From contig JAKPDW010000047.1 of NCBI GenBank assembly GCA_029552245.1, positions 53,935-117,934 of the forward strand: 64,000 nucleotides of DNA, read 5' to 3'. Origin of the DNA: Deltaproteobacteria bacterium. Lineage in GTDB: Bacteria; Desulfobacterota; Desulfomonilia; UBA1062. A program made the translations under genes and the position numbers. This document shows, piece after piece, positions 28,465 to 38,566 of the stretch; within the stretch, counting starts at the first letter, position 1, and every line of letters starts with the position of its first letter. The notes under the pieces are model-generated. The model made no database searches, was not told the DNA's origin, and saw nothing but the letters and a program-made list of their open reading frames with translations.

Positions 28465-29063
28465 ATCCCCTCCCCTCACTCGACGTGGCAGTTCAGGAAC
28501 AAGGTGACATGGAGGAGGCGAGACGCCATGCACCCTGTCCTGTATCTCCCCGTTATATCCTGCAGGGGCACGAGATTCAATCAAAACCGGGAGGGCCGTC
28601 AGGCCTGCACGCCTGAGGCCATGGGTGATGTCGTGATGCCTGACCAGGGTGTTTACCGTGGCTCAAGGTCGTCAAGCATGCATGCCTGACGCCGTGTGTG
28701 ACGAGAACCGGCTTGAACGGCACGGCTCGGCCGCAGGGCCGACACATCATCGACACTCATACAACGGCTCGAGAAAACCTCGGGCGCGGCACGCACATGT
28801 CCCGGCCGTATCCACGCCCGCAGGTATCCGCCATGACGCGTGTGAACACGTAGACGATAAGGGTGACCGTGCGGCACGGGCGACAACGGGGGAGGCCCTC
28901 GTCATACCCACGTGGTCTCGTTCTTCAGCCACGCTACCCGGTCTCTCGTGGACAGGCCTTCGACGGCCCGGAGGGACTTCCTTCCCCTTTCCGGCCTGCC
29001 CCCGGCCTTTTTCGGTTCGGGAAGATCCATCCAGGAGCGAAGACCGTCCCTCACCACATGCCT

Positions 29064-29170
29064 TGAAGGGCGGCACAACCTCCTGCGTGGCGTCGCGAAC
29101 GAGGCGATTCCTCTTGTTCGGCCGCCTGAGCACGCCCTGCAAGGGCGGCACGAACCGCGTGGCGTCTCGG
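29064..29170. repeat. About 30-bp direct repeat (two copies, 76-bp period)
   Basis: AAGGGCGGCAC[A/G]AACC..GCGTGGCGTC at 29064-29095 and 29140-29170. A further nearby pair GCCTGA[G/C]GCC.TG.GTGA lies around 28615-28720. Confidence 0.4.
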
Positions 29171-29267
29171 GCTTGACGACGCCTGCCCTGACCCATTTTG
29201 CCTCTGGCAACGACGAGGCCTCCCCCACCGGTGCGGCCTCGTCCACCTGCAGGAGATGCCTGCAGCA

Positions 29268-29801
29268 TCATGCACCGTCGAGGTGGTGGTGTTCCCGCTC
29301 CCTGAACCACGCCTGGGGGTCCTTGAGGTATTCCTCGATGTTCTTCAGGTGCATGAAGTTCTCTCTCTCGGCACGCTCAATCTCCCTGAGCGCATCGCGG
29401 TAGGCGGGGTCCCTGACCGCCTCGTACGAGCGCGAGATGGCCCGTGCGGTCTTTCGCACGATCCGTGCTGCCACCTCGATGGCCCTGATGTCGTCGAACT
29501 TCTCCAGGGCCTTCTCCATGGCCCGGGAGAGCTTCTCCTCGTAATCGTCGTGATCGACGACCCTCACCGTGCCCACGCACCCTTGGCCGTGCACCTGCGA
29601 ACCCTCTCCCCCCGTCTCGTGCGATCGCTTCAGGTCTTCGAGGCTGGAGCACAACGCCCTCCCCTTTTCGGCATAATCCATAAACACTGCCTTCCCGAGG
29701 GGGGTCTTGACCTTGCTCGCCAGGCGCCTGAAGATCGCCACTTCCCTGCGCTCTTTCTGGAGTACTTCGTCAATGATTCTGGTTGATTCCGTCCGATGCA
29801 T
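29268..29801 (-). CDS. Ferritin-like/rubrerythrin-like four-helix-bundle domain protein (hypothetical)
   Basis: Helical, with E...ExxH-like pairs (EVAIF..; ERENFMH). Weak assignment. Confidence 0.4.
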   Translation of the reverse strand: MHRTESTRIIDEVLQKERREVAIFRRLASKVKTPLGKAVFMDYAEKGRALCSSLEDLKRSHETGGEGSQVHGQGCVGTVRVVDHDDYEEKLSRAMEKALEKFDDIRAIEVAARIVRKTARAISRSYEAVRDPAYRDALREIERAERENFMHLKNIEEYLKDPQAWFREREHHHLDGA

Positions 29802-29958
29802 ACACACCCATCCTTTCACCGCAGAGTCATTCCAATCACGCACTGCTATCATACAATAACTCTTACCATAAGGGAAGCATCGTTTCTCAAACAAAAGGGT
29901 GAGGTGGCTGCCGGCAGGTCGCACGGTCTGAATCGGTAATGTATTGGCATATTACCGT

Positions 29959-30990
29959 TCACGAATCCATGACGAGGACCTTGGCGCCGCGTATGGGTCC
30001 CCTCTTGAGTTCCACGAGGGCCCGGTTCGCCTCGGACAGCGGGTAGGTCTCCACCTCGGGGACGATCCCTGCGGACGAGGCGATCCTCAGGAAGTCAGCG
30101 ATGTCCGCCCTTGTCACGTTCGCAACGCTCTTGATCTCGCGTTCCATCCAGAGGTGTTCGGCATAGTTCAGGCCCAGGAGCAGCCCCTTGTCCGCGTCCT
30201 CCTTGCGGATGGCGTTTATGACGAGTCTCCCTCCAGGGGCGAGGTTGGCAAGCGCCATGACGACGGGCTTGTACGCGGGCGTCGTGTCGATGATCGCATC
30301 GAGCATCTCAGGGGCCCTCTCCGAGGTGTCCCCGGCCCAGACGGCGCCGAGCGAGAGCGCGAACTCGCGTTGCCCGGGGTCTCTCGCAAAGACGTACACC
30401 CTCACGTCTGGATAGAGGAACCTCGCAGCCTTGAGCACCAGGTGGGCCGAGGCCCCGAACCCTGTGAGGCCGAGCGCTCGGCCGTTCTCGATCCCCGCAA
30501 GCCGAAGCGACCTGAGCCCGATGGCGCCGGCGCAGAGGAGCGGGGCGGCCAAGACGTCCGACATGCCCTCCGGGATGGGCACGGCGAAATCCTCGCGCAC
30601 CTTCATGTACGGTGCATACCCGCCGTCGACGTCCCTCCCGGTGGCGACGAACTCGGGACACAGATTCTCGAGCCCTTTCGAGCACCACGTGCACCTGAGG
30701 CACGCCGAGTGGATCCACCCCACCCCCACGCGCTCTCCACCGGAGAACCTCGAGACCCCCTCCCCCACAGCCGCCACCTCGGCCACCACCTGGTGGCCCG
30801 GCACCGTGGGAAAGACCGGGGGCGGGGTGCGGCCCTCTATCTCGTCCAGTTCCGTGTGACACACCCCGCAGGCCCTCACCTTGAGGAGTACCTCGCCCCC
30901 GGCCGGCTTCGGCTCCGGCAGGTCCATCGGCTCCAGGGGGTTGTCGGTCTTTGCCACGTCGCATATCCCCGTGATGGCGTACACCCTCAT
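29959..30990 (-). CDS. Zn-dependent alcohol dehydrogenase (MDR superfamily)
   Basis: CGVCHTE...GHQVVAEV Zn motifs, structural-Zn Cys cluster (CLRCTWCSKG) and Rossmann GFGASAH. Start at MRVYAITG. Confidence 0.85.
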   Translation of the reverse strand: MRVYAITGICDVAKTDNPLEPMDLPEPKPAGGEVLLKVRACGVCHTELDEIEGRTPPPVFPTVPGHQVVAEVAAVGEGVSRFSGGERVGVGWIHSACLRCTWCSKGLENLCPEFVATGRDVDGGYAPYMKVREDFAVPIPEGMSDVLAAPLLCAGAIGLRSLRLAGIENGRALGLTGFGASAHLVLKAARFLYPDVRVYVFARDPGQREFALSLGAVWAGDTSERAPEMLDAIIDTTPAYKPVVMALANLAPGGRLVINAIRKEDADKGLLLGLNYAEHLWMEREIKSVANVTRADIADFLRIASSAGIVPEVETYPLSEANRALVELKRGPIRGAKVLVMDS

Positions 30991-31180
30991 CTTCGTCCTC
31001 CTTTGCCCGGCCACCCGGCCCGTTCTCCTTCACCCCGACCACTGTCCCACAGAGATGAGCGTCATCCCTTCTCCACTATAACCACCTTCCCTTCCGATTG
31101 ACACCCCTTGCCGTGTGCGGTTAAAGTCTTTCTCACGGATGCAGCTTCCAAAGGGCATGATCATGAACGGGAGGTGACGC

Positions 31181-32272
31181 GTGCACAGAACCAGCGCTTC
31201 TGAAAAAGGTACCGTAAGCCCGGCCACCCTCCGTGTCCTCAGCGTCCGCCTGCTCGTCATCCTCGCCCTCCTGCCGATGGCCGCGATATCGTGCAGCAGT
31301 GACGGCGGCGGAGGCGGGGGCGACGGCTCGAGCGCGGTACCCGACGAGCTCTCCTTCAGCATGGACCTGAGTTCCGACTTTGTGGACCCGTTGACCATCA
31401 CCTCGTACACCGATTCAAACAAGTCCATAACCATTGCGAGCGTCTCTGGCCCCGTCTCAGGCACCTACAACCACGCGACCGGGGAGTACACGATCACTGA
31501 GGGCGCCTTGGTCAACGTGAGATACAGCCTCTGGGATGAACCGTACAGGACGTTCACCATCTATCTCGCCTCCGACGTGACAGGCTCGACGGGGCAAACC
31601 CCCCTTTCCGGGGCCCTCGAGGTCCGCAGCGGCACCGATACCGTGACCGTGACCATCTCGCCATCGGGCGTCCGCCTGTCCCTCGACGGCGCAGACCCCA
31701 CCTCGACGATCGCCTGGCAGGATCTCTACCCCATGTACTACGACGAAGACGAGCCGGGCTGGAGAAAGGAGGCCTCGCTCGCGTGCGTGGTCCTCAAGTT
31801 CCTCGTCGAGGAGATCGCGTTCTCCGCCGACACGCTCGTCACCATCGCGCTGAACGAGGAGACCCTCGAGACAGCGGGATACCTCGAATTCGAGGGAGAC
31901 CCCTTGCCACCGTCCATCGCCTTCGGCGAGAGCACGAGCGTGCTCAGGCTCACGAGCCCCTCGATCAGGGACGGGGCCACGTTCCAGTGGCTCTATGACT
32001 GGTGCTGGGACGACGACCCCTCCTCCTCCGAAGACCTCCTCTACGACGGCACGGTCCAGATGAGCGGCTATACCGAGACGGTGGACGTCTCGGGGAGCAC
32101 CCGCCGGTTCACCGAGCTCGGGTTCGGCTCCGGCACGGCCCCGGGCGGGGTGTCGTACGACCGCTTCATGATCTACGTCACCGAGGAGACCTCTGGCTCC
32201 TACACCATACCGGAGGCCAGGACCCTGGTCTACGACGGGGGCTACAGCATCCTGTTCACGAGCGGGGACTGA
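31181..32272 (+). CDS. Secreted lipoprotein, Gly/Ser/Thr/Asp-rich (hypothetical)
   Basis: Hydrophobic leader LLVILALLPMAAISC with lipobox-like AISC followed by a poly-Gly linker. No recognisable domain. Start uncertain and may be an internal alternative start. Directly upstream of the ABC-2 cluster. Confidence 0.55.
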   Translation: MHRTSASEKGTVSPATLRVLSVRLLVILALLPMAAISCSSDGGGGGGDGSSAVPDELSFSMDLSSDFVDPLTITSYTDSNKSITIASVSGPVSGTYNHATGEYTITEGALVNVRYSLWDEPYRTFTIYLASDVTGSTGQTPLSGALEVRSGTDTVTVTISPSGVRLSLDGADPTSTIAWQDLYPMYYDEDEPGWRKEASLACVVLKFLVEEIAFSADTLVTIALNEETLETAGYLEFEGDPLPPSIAFGESTSVLRLTSPSIRDGATFQWLYDWCWDDDPSSSEDLLYDGTVQMSGYTETVDVSGSTRRFTELGFGSGTAPGGVSYDRFMIYVTEETSGSYTIPEARTLVYDGGYSILFTSGD

Positions 32273-32619
32273 GGCCGGGAGAACCGTGCTGCCACGCGTC
32301 TTCAGGGGACGACGGCGCTGCGTGGGCGGCCGCCTGGGCGCCGCGGCCGCGCCCTCCTTTGCCCGGGCTCTCAAAGCCGCCGTCGGGACGTGCAAAAACC
32401 GGCGAGTCGCTCCCGCATCCATGCTGCCCATGGGCCTGCACACGATGACGGCTGCATCGATGCGGGGGTAAGGGGACTGCGCCGGCGCCGCCCCCAAGCA
32501 TGCGGGAGACACAACGGCCGTATTGACAACCTCGGCCCTTTCGTCTTTATGAGTGCACGGGCGCCGAAGATGCGCGTCCTGTCCCGAACAGGCGCACTGC
32601 CCAGAGGGGGTGAACTGTC

Positions 32620-33558
32620 ATGATCCACATGGAAAAGCTCACCAAGTATTACGGTGAGGTGTGCGCGGTGGACGGCATCGACCTGGACATACGCAAGGGA
32701 GAGATCACCGGGCTCCTGGGTCCCAACGGTGCGGGCAAGACCACCACCATGCGCATGCTGACCGGCTATCTCCGCCCGAGCTCGGGCACGATCCGTGTCA
32801 GGGACCTCTCGGTGGATGCCGATCCCCTCGCCGTCAAGAAACGCATGGGGTACCTCCCCGAGTCCGCCCCCCTGTACGCGAACATGCTCGTGTACGACTA
32901 CCTCCTGTTCGTGGCCCACGCGAGGGGGCTCAAGGGGGACAAGGCCCGCGGGAGGATCTTCGCCATGGTGGAGCTCTGCAGCCTCTCGGGAATCATGCAC
33001 AGGCCCATAGGCGAACTCTCCAAGGGGCTCAGGCAGCGGGTGGGACTCGCCCATGCCATGATGGACGACCCGGAAATCCTCGTGCTCGACGAACCGACAA
33101 GCGGGCTCGACCCCAACCAGATCGTGGAGATCAGGGACATCATCCGGTCCTTCGGCAGGGACAAGACCATCATCCTCTCCACGCACATCCTCAGCGAGGC
33201 CCAAGCCACCTGCGACCGCATCGTCATCATAGACAAGGGCAAGATCGTCGCTGACGGGAGCACGGAGGTGCTCACCTATGGCCTGGGAGAGGGGCGGAGC
33301 CTCAGGCTCGTGCTGGCCGGCGCCGATCTCGAGGCGGCACGGTCCGTCCTCGCGCCGGTGGAGGGTGTCGTCTCGGTGGAGGGCGCACAGGATGCTGGGC
33401 CCGGCCTGACAGCACTCGAGGTCAGGTACCTGCCCGGCTCGGACCCGAGGCCGGAGATCTACCGGAGGATCAAGGCGACGGACTGGGTCATTCTCGAGAT
33501 GGCGCCCAAGGGCGTATCCCTGGAAAAGGTGTTCATGGAGCTCACACGGGAGGCATGA
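32620..33558 (+). CDS. ABC transporter ATP-binding protein (ABC-2 / GldA-like)
   Basis: Walker A GPNGAGKTT, Q-loop, signature LSKGLRQR, Walker B ILVLDEPTSGLD, H-loop. Confidence 0.9.
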   Translation: MIHMEKLTKYYGEVCAVDGIDLDIRKGEITGLLGPNGAGKTTTMRMLTGYLRPSSGTIRVRDLSVDADPLAVKKRMGYLPESAPLYANMLVYDYLLFVAHARGLKGDKARGRIFAMVELCSLSGIMHRPIGELSKGLRQRVGLAHAMMDDPEILVLDEPTSGLDPNQIVEIRDIIRSFGRDKTIILSTHILSEAQATCDRIVIIDKGKIVADGSTEVLTYGLGEGRSLRLVLAGADLEAARSVLAPVEGVVSVEGAQDAGPGLTALEVRYLPGSDPRPEIYRRIKATDWVILEMAPKGVSLEKVFMELTREA

Positions 33559-34265
33559 CCATGACGAGGGTGTTCGACGTCTTCGCAAGGGAATTCATGG
33601 ACTACTTCACCACGCCGATCGCCTACATCGTGATCTGCGCGTTCTTGGTCGTCACGGGCTGGTTCTTCTTCGCCACCTTCTTCATCATGAACCAGGCGTC
33701 CCTGAGGACCTTCTTCTCCATGCTGCCGCTCGTCTTCCCCTTCGTGGTCCCGGCCGTCACCATGCGACTGTTCGCCGAGGAACTCCACTCGGGCAGCCTC
33801 GAGATGCTCCTGACCCTCCCCATGGACCTCTCGGACGCGGTCATCGGCAAGTTCCTCGCGAGCAGCGCCTTCGTGGCGGTGATGCTCGCGCCCACCCTGT
33901 CGTACGGGATCTGGGTCTCGTTCATGGGCGGTCTCGACTGGGGCCCGGTGGCGGGCGGGTACGCAGGGGCGGTCCTCCTGGGAGCGGCATACTGCGCCAT
34001 AGGCGTCTTCGCATCGACCTTGACGAGAAACCAGATCATCTCGTTCATCCTGGGCATGGTCATCTGCCTTGCCCTGAGCCTCGTTGACAAGATGCTCTTC
34101 TTCTTCCCGCCGGACGTGCTCGCCGTGCTCCATTACCTGGGCGCCTCGTCGCACTTCGAGAACATCGCCAAGGGTGTGGTGGACACCCGGGACATCGTCT
34201 ACTTCGCAAGCGTCGTTTTCCTGTCCCTCTACGGCGCGCACCTCGTCATGCAGGAAAAGAGGTGA
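33555..34265 (+). CDS. ABC-2 family permease (GldF-like)
   Basis: Six TM segments; overlaps the ATPase stop by 4 nt. Confidence 0.8.
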   Translation: MTMTRVFDVFAREFMDYFTTPIAYIVICAFLVVTGWFFFATFFIMNQASLRTFFSMLPLVFPFVVPAVTMRLFAEELHSGSLEMLLTLPMDLSDAVIGKFLASSAFVAVMLAPTLSYGIWVSFMGGLDWGPVAGGYAGAVLLGAAYCAIGVFASTLTRNQIISFILGMVICLALSLVDKMLFFFPPDVLAVLHYLGASSHFENIAKGVVDTRDIVYFASVVFLSLYGAHLVMQEKR

Positions 34266-34268
34266 GCC

Positions 34269-36431
34269 ATGAGAGCACAGAGACATGGGCGCATCGTCAA
34301 GTTTCTCGTCTACCTGGCGCTCGTCATCCTCATCAATGCGGCGGCATCGACGCTCTTTTTGAGGTTCGACCTCACGGCGAACAGGATGTACTCGCTGTCG
34401 GAGGTGAGCAAGACGGTCGTCGGCTCACTCAAGGAACCCATGACCATCAACGTGTTCTTCACCCCGGATCTGCCCGCGCCCTACAACACGGTCGAGCAGT
34501 ACCTGAGAGACCTGCTCTCCGAATACGCCCTCTATGCGAACAAGAGTTTCAACTACCGGTTCTACCGCGTGGGAGAAGAGGACGCTCAACAGCCGGACGT
34601 CGGGGTCGACACCAGGAGGCTCGCATCCGACTACGGCATAACCCCGGTACAGATCCAGGTCGTGGAGAAGGACGAGGTCAAGTTCAAGCGTGCATACATG
34701 GGGCTGGCGATCGTCCACGGGGACATGATCGAGCGCATCCCGGCCCTCACCACGACGGAGGGGCTGGAGTACAAGCTCACCACGTCCATGCAGAAACTCG
34801 CCAACAAGATCAGCGTGCTGTCGGGGCTCAAGGACAAGGTGGAGGTGAAGCTCTACCTTTCCTCGTCCCTCGAGGCCGTCTCGAGCCGCATGTCTCTCAA
34901 GGACCTCGACCGGGTGCCCGCCCAGGTCGAAAAGGCGGTGGGCGACCTCAACGCCCGCCTCTTCAACGCCATATCCTACAGGAGGGTGGACCTCGACGGG
35001 AGGCAGGCGATGGAGGAGGCCTCCCGCACGTACAACCTGATGATGCTCACGTGGCCCGATCTCGACGGCGGCAGGGTGAAGGCGGGTGCGGGCCTCGCGG
35101 GCATGGTGGTGGAATACGGGGGCAGGTCTTACACGATCCCGGTGATCCAGGCGTACACCATCCCCCTGTTCGGCACGCAGTACCGCCTGACGCCCGTCGA
35201 AAAGATGGCCGAGGCGCTCGAGCAGAGTATCGAGTCGCTGGTGGGGATCAACGAGACCCTGGGCTACCTCGCGGACAAGGGCACGCTCGGCCTGTACGGC
35301 CAACCGGGCTCGAGCGCCTCCCTGAACAACTTCCAGGACCTGGCGTCCCGCGTCTATACCATCAAGGAGATCACCCTCGACAAGGGGATACCCGAAGGTC
35401 TCGGGTGCCTGCTCATCGTCAGGCCCACGGAGGCCTTCACCGACTACGAGCTCTTCCAGATCGACCAGGCGCTCATGCGCGGGACCAACATCGCCGTCCT
35501 TCTCGATCCGTTCGTGGAAAGACCTGCGGATCCCAACCAGCCGATGCAGCCCGGCCAGCTGATGCCGGTGACGACCGGCATCGAAAGGCTCCTGGCCCAC
35601 TACGGGGTGAAGGTGGAGATGTCCCTGGTATGCGACCTGAACAGCTTCAAGCAGCGGATGCCCGAGCAGTACGGGGGCGGCGAGCAGGCGATCTACTACG
35701 CGCCCCTCATCAAGCCATCCCAGATAAACCACGAGCCCAGGTACATGAAGAACATCAACGAGCTCATCACCTACAAGATAGCGCCCCTCTCCCTCGACAC
35801 AACGCGCATGAAAGAGAACAACCTCGAGGCCACCGTGCTGTTCACCACCTCTGACAAGGCCTGGGAGTTGAAAAACCCGACGATGCTCAACCCCATGTTC
35901 GTAAGGGAACCCGGCGACCCGTCCTCCATGGGGACCAGGACCCTTGCGTGCCTCGTCCAGGGCGCTTTCCCGAGCTACTTCGCGGGGAAGGACATCCCGG
36001 CCGCACCGCCGGCCCACCAGGGGGAAGGCGCTTCGGGCGCGCAGGAAGGCGGCAAGGCCGCATCACCCGCCCTGGGCCACGGCGGGGCGGTCCTCGAGAG
36101 ATCCAGGCCCGCCAAGCTCCTGGTGATAGGGTCATCGGAGATGATCACGGACAACCTCGTCACGGAAGAAGGGACGAACCCCAACGCCGTGTTCCTCATG
36201 AACCTGATCGATGTCCTGAACAACAGGGAGGAGATCGCCGTGATGCGCGCCAAGACCCAGACCATCAACCCGCTCGAGGTGACCGACGAGAACGTGAGGC
36301 TGGCGGCCAAGGCGTTCAACGTGCTCGGGCTGCCTGTGCTGGTCATCCTCTCGGGCATCGTCGTGTGGGCCGCGAGAGCCGCCAGGAAGAAGCGCATCGA
36401 CGCCATGTTCTCCAGGAGGGCCGACGCATGA
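34269..36431 (+). CDS. GldG-like ABC-transporter auxiliary component (ABC-type uncharacterised transport system, large periplasmic protein with N- and C-terminal TM anchors)
   Basis: 720 aa; N-terminal TM (VYLALVILINAAA) and C-terminal TM (VLVILSGIVVWAA). Architecture and order ATPase-permease-GldG are typical of the GldA/F/G-like module. Confidence 0.8.
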   Translation: MRAQRHGRIVKFLVYLALVILINAAASTLFLRFDLTANRMYSLSEVSKTVVGSLKEPMTINVFFTPDLPAPYNTVEQYLRDLLSEYALYANKSFNYRFYRVGEEDAQQPDVGVDTRRLASDYGITPVQIQVVEKDEVKFKRAYMGLAIVHGDMIERIPALTTTEGLEYKLTTSMQKLANKISVLSGLKDKVEVKLYLSSSLEAVSSRMSLKDLDRVPAQVEKAVGDLNARLFNAISYRRVDLDGRQAMEEASRTYNLMMLTWPDLDGGRVKAGAGLAGMVVEYGGRSYTIPVIQAYTIPLFGTQYRLTPVEKMAEALEQSIESLVGINETLGYLADKGTLGLYGQPGSSASLNNFQDLASRVYTIKEITLDKGIPEGLGCLLIVRPTEAFTDYELFQIDQALMRGTNIAVLLDPFVERPADPNQPMQPGQLMPVTTGIERLLAHYGVKVEMSLVCDLNSFKQRMPEQYGGGEQAIYYAPLIKPSQINHEPRYMKNINELITYKIAPLSLDTTRMKENNLEATVLFTTSDKAWELKNPTMLNPMFVREPGDPSSMGTRTLACLVQGAFPSYFAGKDIPAAPPAHQGEGASGAQEGGKAASPALGHGGAVLERSRPAKLLVIGSSEMITDNLVTEEGTNPNAVFLMNLIDVLNNREEIAVMRAKTQTINPLEVTDENVRLAAKAFNVLGLPVLVILSGIVVWAARAARKKRIDAMFSRRADA

Positions 36432-37408
36432 AGATCAGGATCTCCAAGGAGTATGTCCTTCTGGCCTTGCTCATCGCATCTTCCGTCGCCTATCTCGTCT
36501 ACAAGAAGGCGGACCGTGTCCACTACCGCCTCCCGGCGCTCGAGCCGGTGAAGCAGGAAGACATCACCTCCATGACCGTCGAGAAGGGCGACGGGAAGAT
36601 CGTCCTCGAGAAGGCCGGGACGGACTGGGTGATCTCCCCCGCAGGCTGGAAGGCCGACCGGGTGAAGGTGGACGAGATGAGGGAGATGCTCTCCACGCTC
36701 GTCATCACCGAGCTCGTCTCCGAGTCCGGTGATTACGGAAGGTACCAGCTCGACGAGAAGTCCCGGGCCCGCATACGCGCATACGCCGGCGACAGGCTGG
36801 TCCGCGACCTGACGGCGGGGAAGGCCGCTCCCACGTACAACCACACCTATGTGCTGCTGCCTGGCGACAGGAACATCTACCTCGCCAGGGGAGACCTGGG
36901 CCGCCTGTTTTCGGCCCCTGCCTCCGAGATGCGGGACATGCTGGTGTTCAGCATCACCCCGAAAGAGGTGACATCCGTGCAGATCGAGTACCGGGGTGAA
37001 AGCAGGACGTTCAAGCGCATGGAGAGGGGACCCGACGCGAAGGGGGCAGACAAGGCCGAAAACGCCGCGACCGATCACTCCTGGGAGGACGCTTCCGGTG
37101 ACGCCTCGTCCACGGCCGTGCTCGACTCGGTCCTCGCCACCCTGTCCAAGGTCTACTGCGGAGAGTACCTGCCCGACGACCGGAAGGCCGCTCTTGGTTC
37201 CCCGGTGACGGTGATCACGATTACGGGGAGGAGCGAGGCGAGGCTCAGCATCTTCGAACGGGAGGGTGAGCAGGTCCCCGCCGTCTCCTCGCAAAACCCC
37301 TCCCCCTTCGTCATGCCGGACTACAAGCAGGAAGAGCTCGACAAGGCCCTCGCGAAGATCTTCCCCGGTCGTGCCACCGCGAAAGGGGCACAGACACCGA
37401 GGGGATGA
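36428..37408 (+). CDS. DUF4340-like protein with N-terminal TM anchor
   Basis: Overlaps the GldG-like stop by 4 nt. Single TM (LLALLIASSVAYLVY). Confidence 0.65.
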   Translation: MKIRISKEYVLLALLIASSVAYLVYKKADRVHYRLPALEPVKQEDITSMTVEKGDGKIVLEKAGTDWVISPAGWKADRVKVDEMREMLSTLVITELVSESGDYGRYQLDEKSRARIRAYAGDRLVRDLTAGKAAPTYNHTYVLLPGDRNIYLARGDLGRLFSAPASEMRDMLVFSITPKEVTSVQIEYRGESRTFKRMERGPDAKGADKAENAATDHSWEDASGDASSTAVLDSVLATLSKVYCGEYLPDDRKAALGSPVTVITITGRSEARLSIFEREGEQVPAVSSQNPSPFVMPDYKQEELDKALAKIFPGRATAKGAQTPRG

Positions 37409-37693
37409 CGACAGCGACAACCTGCAGGCGCCTTGTATGCTGTGCGGTGCCTTGTCGACCAGGACAACGAGCGGGTCGTAGAGCGGGGCATACCGGCTCC
37501 TGGACGGCGCTTCGCGTCGACAGCACCCCGCGGCAGCGGCCGGGAGCCGGGCGGTGCCCATGGAGGCCCGGGTCAGAGAGACAGGGGCGTTCCCTGGGGT
37601 TTACATCACCAAGCGGCGTTCGAGGGCCCCGTGGCCCGAGGTGAGACCCGGGGCCGCTAAGGGCATGCTGCGGAGGGCACGAGGGGTTCGTAT

Positions 37694-38566
37694 ATGGAAA
37701 ACACGGGCAAAGAGATTGTACCCAAGGTGTTGAGGCAGGATATCGGGGACGCGGAGCTCTCGTACCTCCTCTACGATGTCGACGGCCGGCCCATGATCAT
37801 GCTCCACGCGACGGGCTTCCTCCCCTGGCTCTGGCACCCCATTGCACGGGGCCTGACGGACACGTGGAGGGTATATGCCCCCTACATCTGCGACCACCGT
37901 GTGTCCGACCCGCAGGAGGGAGGCCTCAGCTGGCTCACCGTGGCCGAGGACCTCGTCCGGTTCGTCCGGGAGCTGGGGATACACAGGCCGGCACTCGTTG
38001 GGCACTCCATGGGCGCGACGGTGGCGGCCATAGCCTGCGGCGCTTTTGGGTTGGACGCGCTGGGGCTGGTCCTCTTCGAACCGATCTTTCTGCCCGAGGA
38101 GATCTACCAGACCCCCATGAGCGTGGATCAGCATCCCCTCGCCTCTCGGGCGATAAGGCGGAAAGACACCTGGGCCGACGAAGCCGAGGCGAGGTCCTAC
38201 CTGAGATCGAAACCCCTCTTCAGGAACTGGACGGACGAGATGCTCGACCTCTATGTCGAGTACGGGATGCGAAGGCTCGACGCCGGCGGCCTGGTGCTCG
38301 CGTGCTCGCCTGTGCGGGAGGCATCGATCTTCATGGGCGGCCTCAGGTTCGATCCATGGGGCGTCATCCCCAAGGTCACATGCCCGGTGCTCGTCCTCGA
38401 GGGCGAAAAGAGCGAGAACCGCGCCTTCATCGACCTCCAACAGGCGACACGGTCGTTTCCCCAGGGCACCTACCGCCTCGTCGAGGGCGCGGGCCACCTC
38501 ATCCCCCAGGAGAAACCGGGCGAGTCCCTCGAGATCGTGCGCACCTTCTTCGAATCCCTGGAGTGA
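37694..38566 (+). CDS. Alpha/beta-fold hydrolase
   Basis: Nucleophile elbow GHSMG and C-terminal GAGH; 290 aa. Confidence 0.85.
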   Translation: MENTGKEIVPKVLRQDIGDAELSYLLYDVDGRPMIMLHATGFLPWLWHPIARGLTDTWRVYAPYICDHRVSDPQEGGLSWLTVAEDLVRFVRELGIHRPALVGHSMGATVAAIACGAFGLDALGLVLFEPIFLPEEIYQTPMSVDQHPLASRAIRRKDTWADEAEARSYLRSKPLFRNWTDEMLDLYVEYGMRRLDAGGLVLACSPVREASIFMGGLRFDPWGVIPKVTCPVLVLEGEKSENRAFIDLQQATRSFPQGTYRLVEGAGHLIPQEKPGESLEIVRTFFESLE

